64,000 bases of DNA from the human T2T-CHM13v2.0 reference genome, Homo sapiens, in the NCBI RefSeq assembly GCF_009914755.1, contig NC_060927.1; one strand, 5' to 3'. Numbering within the stretch: the first letter of the stretch is position 1; each line of letters begins with the position of its first letter. The position numbers and the translations under genes were made by a program. Below the pieces are notes generated by a model. The model did not search any database, was not told the origin of the DNA, and saw only the letters and a program-made list of their open reading frames with translations. Of the stretch, positions 54,674 to 64,000 are shown piece after piece.

Positions 54674-55714
54674 ACAGCCTTGAGAGGGTCTAAACGGAAA
54701 TTGCCAGGACCTGCTTCCTTTCTGAAGCTATTACTCTGGCAGCTCCGTGGAAAGGGATTGCCGATGATTAGAGTGAATGGATAGAGGTAAACTAAGGGGT
54801 TCTTGCAGAGGCTAAGGTAGTATCATCTGGGAATGGAATGTTGGCAGGTAGAGAAAGAGAAGTTCTATGTTTTACTGTGTTGGTGTAGGAATGGCAAAAC
54901 TTGCTGATAAATTATGTATGGTGATGTAAGAACTGCTTGTTAGGAAAAAGCAGAAATCAAGGTACATCCTAGGGTATTGGCTTGAGCAGCAATAGTGTGC
55001 CATTTTCTGAGATAGTGCCCATGAGCTGAGGAGCAGGTCTGGGGAGGAAAGTTGGCTCTTGTTCCAAAGTGGCAGTCAGAGGCGAGGAGTTTCCTAAATA
55101 TTTGAAGGGGAACAATAAGTTATATCTGGTCAGGGGCTCATATTTAAGAAAAGAGCAGGTTACTCAGATTCTAAGGCAGAACATCTTGTCTTGGCTGTCT
55201 CCCAAAGCAAGTGACTGGGTCTAGGTTATTCTGAGTATGCCCATGATCCTGTTTGCTTGGTGCATTGGGAAATCCTAGATAATACCCAAGTTGTCATGAT
55301 GCAAACAAGTCTTCAATCTGGTTCATCACACACTTGCTTGCTGAGTGACCACTCTTAGCCAGCTTCCCTCGTCAAAGACTTCTAATGTCATGGAACAACC
55401 AGTAAGTCAAGGGCTTCCAAAATTCCAAGACAGTCATGACAATTCAGTGCATTGAGATTGCCATCTGCTTTGAAAACCATTTCCAAGCTAATTAGGCCCA
55501 AGATACAAGAGTAAGAAGCTGACATTAATATCCTTAGCCATGCTTTCTCTCATTTTTTTTTTCCCATTCAGACAGATTTATTTCCAGCCCTCCTAGGGGC
55601 AATTTTATTGATCTTACTTTTGTCCTCCTTCTTCAGCGTTGTTACTTATTTTTGGTGTATAACGTTCTTTGCATTTCTTTCCTCCCTCATCCCACTGTCC
55701 ACTACTCTCCTAGG

Positions 55715-55855
55715 ACAGGGATAGCAAATAAGTTTTATCTTAGGTGCTATCTCTTATTAAAAAGAGGCTGCCACAAACGTTGTGTTGAGAAAGAGTCTGA
55801 GGTCATGTTCAGGGTCAGTGGGATTGATTACCCATGCCTGCCATGGGTCTGAAAG
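55715..55855. mobile_element. MER103-like hAT-Charlie fragment
   Basis: 'tgtgttgagaaagagtctgagg...gattgattacccatgcctgccatggg'. Confidence 0.6.
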
Positions 55856-56059
55856 GAGGACAGGCTCTGTTCACTTGTTCTACGATGTTTCAATTACAAT
55901 TTACTCTAAATCAACCACTGCTAGATATTTCCAGGAATATGCTTCTTTTCCATTTTATTGCTCATGCTGAAATAGGGCCTTCTGTATCATAGATTCTCAA
56001 TAAATATTTATTGAATTGATGAATGGTATTTGCCAATTTTTTTAAAGTTAACTTTAAGG

Positions 56060-56540
56060 GAACTGAGGACCTGACCAGGCATTCTATATGGCAGCTCTGA
56101 GAAAGTTTCTCACAGACTGCAACTTCAGGGAGTGTAATGAGGCCCCAGCTGCTGGGCAGTGAAAGATCTTGGCACTAATGCCATGCCATCCATGGGTTGT
56201 CTGAGCCAGTGACTGAGTGTGGGGATACTGAGGCATACTAAAGCAGACCTTCTCCTCGAAGAGGTGAGACTCCTCTGACAGTTGACTTTGACTTGAGGAC
56301 ACTGTAGGTGTTGGTTTCATCACCTCCTACTCAGACTGCATGGAAGTCTAGGACACTTTTCTCACAATTTATTTCTTCCTCTCCCCTCCACTGGGGTTAT
56401 GTCTGCATCAAGGTCTGACCTCTTCAGACGTTTCTGGCTCCCTCCTTACTTTCCCTCACAAAATAATTTTTCTTAATAAAATCCTTGCATGTTTAATCCT
56501 GTCTTGGTGTTTGCCTCTCGGAGGACCTGGACAAACACAA
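56060..56540 (+). mobile_element. ERVL solo LTR, LTR41-like
   Basis: Ends 'aataaaatccttgcatgtttaatcctgtcttggtgtttgcctctcggaggacctggacaaacaca'. Confidence 0.8.
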
Positions 56541-56739
56541 CCCGCTGACATCAGAGAGAAGTAAAGGCTCTTTTGAATCTGATTAATCCTGTCAGATATG
56601 AGCCAGGACACAGGGGAGGTCTTGCCCCTGCCCTTTGTAGAGGATACAGTGTGAAGTAGATTGACTTCCTAGAAGTGCTCAATGAGGGGAAGCATCGCTG
56701 CTCAGAACTATTCAATCTTTATTTTTTTAAAGAAAAAGA

Positions 56740-57379
56740 TTGCTAGCATTTTGTTGAGGATTTTTGTGTCTGTTTAGTGGAGATATTGGCCTAAAGGTTT
56801 TTTTTTTCCCCATTGTGTCTCTTCCAGATTTTCCTATTAGTCTCCAAAGAATTGGTTAGGGAGGAGCTCCTCCTCCTCAATGTTTTGGAAGAGTTTCAGT
56901 AGGATTGTTACCAGTTCTTCTTCATATGTCTGGTAGAATTCAGCTGTGAATCCATCTGGTCTGCGGATTTATTTGGTTGGTAGGTTTTTTAAATTACTGA
57001 TCCAATTTTGGAACTTGTTATTGATCTGTTCAGGTTTCCACATTCCTCCTGGTTCAATCTTGGGAGGCTGTGTGTTTCTAGGAATTTATCCATTTCCTCT
57101 AGATTTTCTAATTTGTGTGCATAGAGTTGTTCGTAATAGTCTCTGAGGATCTTTGTATTTCTGTGGGATCACTTGTAATGTCATCTGTCATTTCTGATTG
57201 TACTTATTTGGATATTCTTTTATTCCTTTGTTAATCTGGTTAACAATCTATCAGTCTTGTTTAATCTTTAGAAAATCAAGTCTTGGTTTCATTGATTGTT
57301 TGTATGGATTTCTGCATCTCAGTTTCATTCAGTTCTGCTCTAATTTAGTTATTTATTTTCTTCTACTTGCTTTGGGGTT
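56740..57379 (-). mobile_element. L1 ORF2 segment, inverted 5' part of the adjacent L1
   Basis: Antisense L1 'ttgctagcattttgttgaggattttt...tggtagaattcagctgtgaatccatctgg'. Confidence 0.93.
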
Positions 57380-59790
57380 AATCCAGTAGAACATAAAAGC
57401 TAATACACCATGATCAAGTAAGCTTTATTCCTGGGATGCAAGGCTGGTTCAATATACACAAATCAGTAAATGTGATTCAGCACATAAACAGAATTAAAAG
57501 CAAAAACCATATTATCATTTCAATAGATGCAGAAAAAGCTTTCAATAAAATCCAGTGTCCCTTCATAACACTTGATCTTAGCCAAAAGGCCGAGAAGCAA
57601 TGTCCCTTCATAACAAAACCCCTCAACAGACTAGGAATCAAAGGAACACCTCAAAACAATAAGGGCCGTCTATGACAAACCCACAACCAACATTACACTA
57701 AATGGGCAAAAGCTGGGAGCATTCCCCTTGAGAATTGGAACAAGCTAAGGATGCCCACACTTACCACTCGTATTCAACATAGTACTGGAAGTCCTAGCCA
57801 GAGCAATCAGGCAAGAGAAAGAAATAAAAGGCACCCTAATAGGAAAAGAAGTCAAAGTATCTCTCTTCACTGATGATATGATTATATACCAGGAAAAACC
57901 TAAAAACTCTGTCAAAAGTCTCCTAGAACTGATAAATGACTTTTTTCCATGATACAAAATCTCTGTACAAAAGCCAGTAGAATTTCCATATACCAATAAC
58001 ATTCAAGCTGAAAGTCAAATGAAGAACACCATCTCATTTACACTAGCTATGAAAAAATTGAAATACCTAAGAATACAGCTCATCAAGGAGATGAAAGATC
58101 TCTAGAAGGAGAACTAAAAAACACTGCTGAAAGAAATCATAGATGACACAAATGCAAAAACATTCCATGCTCATGGATTGGGAGAATAAATATTGTTAAA
58201 ATGGCCATATTGCTGAAAACAGTTTACAACACTATATCAAACTACCAATGTCATTTTTCACAGAATCGGAAAAAAAGACTCTAAAATTTATATGGAACCA
58301 AAAAAGAGCCTGAATAACCAAAGCAATCCTAAGGGAAAAGAATAAAAAGTGTCACACTCCCTGATTTCAAACTATGCTATAAGGCTGCAGTAACCAAAAC
58401 AGCATGGTACTGGCACAAAAACAGACACATGGACGAATGGAACAGAATCAAGAACCTGGATATAAAGCCGCACAGGTACAGCCATCTGATCTTCAGCAAA
58501 ATAGTCAAAGATAAGCAATGGGGGAAAGAACACCCTATTCAATAAATGATGCTGGGATAATTGGCTAGTAATATACAGAAGAATGAAACTGGACCCCTAC
58601 CTTTTACCATGTGCAAAAATTAACTCAAATTGGATTAAAGATTTAAATGTGAAGCCTCAAACTATGAAAATCCTAGAAGAAAACCTACGAAATATTCTTC
58701 TCGACATTAGCCTTGGTGAAGAATTTTTGGCTAAGTTCCCAAAAGCAATTGCAATAAAAATAAAAATTGACAGATGGGACCTAATTAAGGAGCTTCTGCA
58801 CAGCAAAAGAAACTATCAACAGAATAAGCAGATATCCTACAGAATGTAAGAAAATATTTGCAAACTATGCATCCAACAAAGGCCTAATATCCAGAATCTA
58901 TAAGGAACTTAATAATTTAACAAGCAGAAAACATCCCCATTAAAAAATAGACCAAGGACATGAACAGACACTTCTCAAAAGAAGATATACAAGCAACCAA
59001 CAATCATATGAAGAAATGCTCATCATTACTAATCATCAGAGAAATGCAAATCAAAATCCCAATGAAATATCATCTCACAGCCATTACAATGGCTATTATA
59101 AAAACAAAAAACAGAGGCTGGTAAGGCTGTGGTGAAAGGGCATGCTTTTACATTGTTGGTGGTAATGTAAATTAAATCAGCCACTGTGAAAAGCAGTTTA
59201 GAGATTTCTCAAAGAATTTAAAACAGAGGTACCATTCGACCCAGCAATCACACTCCTGGGTATATATCCAAATGAAAACAAGTCATTCTACCAAAAAGAC
59301 ACACACTTGTATGTTCACTACAGCACAATTAACAATAGCAAAGACATGGAATCAACCCAGTTGCCTATCAACAGTAGATTGGATAAAGAAATGTGGTACA
59401 TATATACCATGGAATACTATGCAACCATAAAAAGGAACAATATTATATCCTTTGCAGCAACATGAATGCAGCTGGAGGCCATTATCCTAAACAAATTAGT
59501 GCAGGAATAGAAAATGAAATACTGTATGATCTCACAAGTGGGAGCTAAACATTGGGTACTCATGGACATAAAGACAGAAACAATAGATACTATGGACTAC
59601 TAGAAGGGGAAAGTAGCATGGGGAGAGGGTGTATGTTAAAAAAACTTCCTAGAGTACTGTGTTCACTAACTCGGTGGCAGGATCTATATCCTAAGCCTCA
59701 GGATCATCAATATACCCATGTAGCAAACCTGCACATATACCCCGTGTATCTAAAATAAAAGTTGAAATTCTAAAAATATAAAATAAACAG
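57380..59790 (+). mobile_element. Old primate L1 (L1PA13-16-like), decayed ORF2 plus 3' UTR
   Basis: ORF remnants '[19 protein letters not shown]' and 'MKLDPYL...[12 protein letters not shown]'. 3' end 'aacctgcacatataccc...tctaaaataaaagttgaaatt'. Many stops and frameshifts. Confidence 0.95.
57568..57601 (-). pseudogene. 3'-truncated U2 snRNA retrocopy (nt 1-34)
   Basis: The reverse complement ATTGCTTCTCGGCCTTTTGGCTAAGATCAAGTGT matches the U2 5' end at 33/34, with one CpG-type change. Flanked by the 15-bp repeat tgtcccttcataaca. Confidence 0.93.
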
Positions 59791-60397
59791 ATTTAAGAAA
59801 ATGATATTTAGAGTTAATGTATATTTAGAGTTTCTGTAAATAATCTTTATTTTCACTGACATACAGAACATTCAATAAAACACTACCAAAGACATGACAT
59901 CTATCTTAAATTTAATATGGTGAGCCCTGCACAATTAATTGCATTTATCATGCTTATAGGAATTTTTTAGACTCTCCCAACCCTAAATGAGTTCTTTGCT
60001 AGTAAATTTATGTGCTTTTTGCATATAATATGTATGTCTTTTTCACCACCCAAATGTTTCATGTAAATATGATTTTATGACTCAGGAATGACTTTTCCTC
60101 CTGAGACATTCTCAATTTCATGGAATTCTATAGCATTTTTCTCATTCCATGCTGGACTGTTCTAGGCCAGTGTTTACTGTCTGCCGATTTCTTTTATCTA
60201 CAGTGTCTATTCATCCTATTTTTTTTTTCCTTTTCCTTGTTTCTTTCTTGTCTTATTATCCCCAGAAGTATTGGTGTATAAGAAAACCAAAATTCTCTTG
60301 GTCAACCAAAAGTTGTTCAGAAATAAGTAGGTCCCAATCTCTACCACATGGTGGGGAAAGATGCTGGGTCTTTTATGTCTATATCCCTAACCTACCA

Positions 60398-60520
60398 CAA
60401 TAGCTTTCAAAATACACCCAGGAACGCTTGGTGGGGAGTCCCTGAGTCCCTTTCAAGGGTCCATCCACAAGATCAAAATGATTTTCATAAAAGTACTAAG
60501 ATACTATTTGCTTTCTTTGG
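60398..60520 (+). mobile_element. MER119/MER106-like hAT end fragment
   Basis: 'gtccctgagtccctttcaaggg...gatcaaaatgattttcataaaagtactaagatactatttgc'. Confidence 0.65.
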
Positions 60521-61384
60521 TTCAGATAATCATTGAGGAGGAATCACTGTGTGTCAGTCTTTGCTCAGATAATAACAAGCAGTCAAAGCTTATTCATTCA
60601 TCTTTTAACACACACTTAACACACACGGAGCACCTACCATGTGCCAGGCCTCAGGATTACTACTAGTAAGAGCAAAGGTCTCAGTTAGCAATTTTGGGAT
60701 GTATGCCTTAGGGATTGAGAGACTCCTCCAGCTGGCAAGTACTTGTTCTATTTACCACTAGGAGACATTGACACCTTCAACAGTGGAATTACCCTTTAAA
60801 ATCTCCAAGATCATGATTACTCTTTTGAGACACAATAGTTGCCTCCTAAACACTCTGAAAATTCAGAGTCCAAATGTATTTCAGAAGTTCCTCACAATGC
60901 TTTTAACCTTTGATGCCTTTTACAGAGATGATTTATGAAGTTTGCTTATTTTTATGGCAGTTTCTCCAACCAGGTTGCAAAAGATATAAAGACTGTGATT
61001 TCAGACAATTATTCTCCTGACAGCATGCACTCAAGTTCATACAAGAAAAGATGCTCCCCTTCCTTTTTCCAAAAGAATCAGAGGCTCTATTACCTACACA
61101 GTATCACAAAAATTGATGTGCTAGTGATCCAGTCAACAAGTTACTTTTCCTTCACAACCAGAACCGGAAAAAGAACCAATCTTGTCACTGCATTGATCAA
61201 CCCTCCCTAACTGAGTTAAATCTAAGAAATAATTATGTAAGTCTTGCCTGGATAACTTTGGTTATCCTTTCTTTCTCTCCCCTCCTACTGTCCCTTTCTT
61301 CTCTCCCCACTCTCTTCCTCCCCTTACACTCACACTCTTTCCTACCTGAGCAGCATGTGCTGTGTTTCAAGTCCTTTGACAAGC

Positions 61385-61860
61385 CACATACTAAACTTTT
61401 GGTTTCTTAACAAGTTAGCATTCTTAAATGTTAACAAACCCAAAGAGCTTTCGTTTTGTAGGTTATACCTGTTACTATATATTGCATTAGCAATTTAAAC
61501 TGACAAAATTTAAAAATCTATATTTATTAATTTACTTATAATTAACAATAAACTCATCAAATATTGACCAAAATAACAAACTTTTTACTTAAAACAACTG
61601 TTGACAAGAATTTTAAAAAACAGTGGGAAGAGTCTCATTGTTTTACATTTTTGCAATTATCTTTAATGTCTGGCTTAATAGAAGACAGCTGGATTTTTAT
61701 ATCTGCTTATAACCTCTGGAAAACTGCTCTAGAGAGAATAAAAGCAAAGAAAGCAAATACTATCTTAGCACTTCTGTAAACATAATTTTGACCTTGTGAA
61801 CCCCTGAAAGGGTCTCAGAGACCCTCCCAAGGGTTCCTGGCCATATTTTGAGAACTTTTG
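61385..61860 (-). mobile_element. MER119-like hAT-Charlie element
   Basis: 'tttaatgtctggcttaatagaagacagctggattt...ttttgacct...cccctgaaagggtctc...ttttgagaac'. Confidence 0.75.
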
Positions 61861-62663
61861 TGCTGGGTTAGGGATATAGACATAAAACACACAGCATCTT
61901 TCTCCACCATCTGGTATAGAAAAGGTACAAAATGATATTTACATCCAGTATAGTACTTGCTATGCTAGAGATAAGCAGGGGACTTTGGGAGGACAAGGAG
62001 AGGGACTTAATTTAGTCTTGGTTATGTATCTAGGGGTGGAAGAGTAGAGGAGTGTCAGAGCCCCTGTCAGTGGTGCCTGAGCTGAGCTGAACTGAGCAGG
62101 CAGGAATGCAGACATGTGGATGCAAATAAAAGCAAATTCTCTGATAGACTGACAATCAGATCTGATTGTGGGGATGACCTAGGGTATTCGCTTGCAACTT
62201 TGTTATAATTATGTATTTGGCTGGGTGGCGGGGGCCTTTTTGCTTGTCTTCTACCTCTTATACTCTGTATCTTTTCAGGAAGGAGTCAGAGCTGGGGAAA
62301 TGCACATAACAGTTCACATAAATAACAAGCAAAATTGGCCTGCCAGTGCTTTCTTTCTGAAGCATGGAGAAGCAGGCAAGCATTTTGCAGTGAATATACT
62401 GTAAACCAGATAATTGTCATCCATCGTTCTGGACATCTTAGAATCTAAGGCGTGAAATGGAATTCGCAGTAAAAATGTATCATGCATTTGCTACCTTCTA
62501 GAACAAAGTTGGTAGCATAAGCCACAAGGGTTTTATTTATTAGTTTGCCAGTAGAGAAACAAAAGTATAGCATTTCTTTCTAAGCTTTAGAGAAATTTGT
62601 ACTATCCTATCAAATCTTCTCACTCAGTTTGAATACAGCAGTCTTAAAAACTTCTTCAGTGCA

Positions 62664-63011
62664 TGTGATGATTAGTTTGTGATATGTCAAATTGTCTGGG
62701 CTGTAGTACCCAGTTATTTAATCAAACACTAGTCTAGATATTGCTGCGAAGATATTTTGTAGATGTGCTGAAGATCTACAATCAGTTGACTTTAAGTAAA
62801 GGACATTACTCTCACTAACATGGATGAGCCTCATCCAATCAGTTGAAGAGCTTTGACAGCAAAAACTGTCATTTCCCGGAAAAGAAAAAAGTTGCCTCAA
62901 GATTGCAGCATCAACTTCTGTCTGGGTTTTCAGCCTGCAGGCCTGACCTACAGTTCTCAAATTTGCTAACCCCCCACAAAATGCATGAATCAATTCTTTA
63001 AAATTTTCTAT

Positions 63012-63048
<37 letters not shown>

Positions 63049-63128
63049 TGTAGAGCTAGATAGATATAGATTTAGAGAGATTGTTATGTACTATTGGTTC
63101 TGTTTCTCTGGTGAACCCTGACTGTTCA
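62664..63128 (+). mobile_element. ERVL solo LTR, MLT2D-like
   Basis: 'tgtgatgattagt...cccagttatttaatcaaacactagtctag...cctcatccaatcagttgaag...ctattggttctgtttctctgg'. Confidence 0.9.
63016..63046. repeat. (AC)15 microsatellite within MLT2
   Basis: Direct reading. Confidence 0.95.
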
Positions 63129-63309
63129 TTCCCCAGTCCACTTTAGTCTTGGCTATATTGTCTCTTTGTACCCTACCAAGCACTTGGTCCACAGTTTGAC
63201 CCACAGGAGATGGAACTGAATGTGTGCCATTGCATTGACTTCTTGTGGGGAGAAGGATGACCATCCAGGGAGGAAATTTCAATTCTTCCATCTAGGAGCC
63301 GTGGCCTTG

Positions 63310-63455
63310 CTTGTATGAGTTCCTTAAGCTCTCTGAACCTGTTCCCTCATCCATGAAGTGGAGCCAATTCTGCCGTCCTGCAGGGGTGCTTGTGAGAATT
63401 TAATGAGAACACGACCGTAAAGGCTGGCACATAGTAGGCCCTCAGGAGTGGTGGC
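63310..63455 (+). mobile_element. MIR
   Basis: 'cttaagctctctgaacctgttccctcatcc...gtgagaatttaatgag...ctggcacatagtagg'. Confidence 0.7.
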
Positions 63456-63782
63456 TTCTGGTTAGCTATGTTAATGATTCTGGTTTGTCAATGGCAATTA
63501 CAGAAAGTTTTAGACAATTACATTTATTAGCATGAATTCCAAAGTAAGTTAAGGACTATCTTAGGGGTTAAAGATGTTTAAAATGCAATGAAGTGTGAGA
63601 TATTGAAGTAATAACAATCTTGGAGAATTAGAGATATAACAATTTAATGCACACTTCAGTCCAATAATGTTCAGTAGGTAAAATATTTTGTGTAAAAAAT
63701 GAGCTGACTCTAGCAAGTGAATGTGAGCATTAAACAATCACAGTCCCTTTTTCCTTGCCCCTTTTTATTCGAAATGATCTTT

Positions 63783-63829
63783 TTCTGCATGGCTCCTGAT
63801 CTTCTTCTGCATGGCTCCTGATCTTCTTC
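63783..63829. repeat. Perfect tandem duplication, 22 bp x2
   Basis: ttctgcatggctcctgatcttc occurs twice, followed by ttc. Confidence 0.97.
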
Positions 63830-64000
63830 ATAGACTTAGTCTAATTTTTCCAGCCCTTGGGAGTTAAGCTTAGGGTTCTGTTAGGTCTTCATCCTACCAA
63901 TGGATTAGTTGGGTTGTGGGCATGCTGGGTCCTGTGTGGGTCCTGATTCCAGCCTGTAGATACTGAGGTGCAGAACTGAAAACCTTTGCTGGCAACCTAT

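Noticed and set aside
57436-58849. RT-like ORFs as a functional CDS
   Set aside because: They are fragments of a truncated, rearranged L1 ORF2 broken by stops and frameshifts.
60398-61860. Two inverted MER119-like ends as one large transposon
   Set aside because: They look like the same consensus end from independent copies. No TSD or transposase remnant was seen.

Overview
Primate (human-like) non-coding genomic DNA, intergenic or deep intronic. I see no protein-coding gene, CpG island, tRNA/rRNA gene or CRISPR array. The ORF track is short chance ORFs or transposon remnants. The window is a mosaic of five Alus (J, S and Y types), a ~3 kb 5'-inverted L1PA, a ~3 kb L2, MaLR/ERVL/ERV1 solo LTRs, hAT/TcMar DNA-transposon fossils, many MIRs and microsatellites. 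Repeat families were recognised by eye from remembered consensus sequences, so subfamily names and the edges of old elements are approximate. I found no evidence for a new multi-gene system. The most unusual directly visible features are: (1) a composite locally templated insertion at 33374-33513 that joins a direct copy and an inverted copy of two nearby donors; (2) a 34-nt tailless U2 snRNA retrocopy with a 15-bp target-site duplication (TSD) inside L1 ORF2 at 57568-57601; (3) two further short local copies, 19515->20893 and 47084<->49520.
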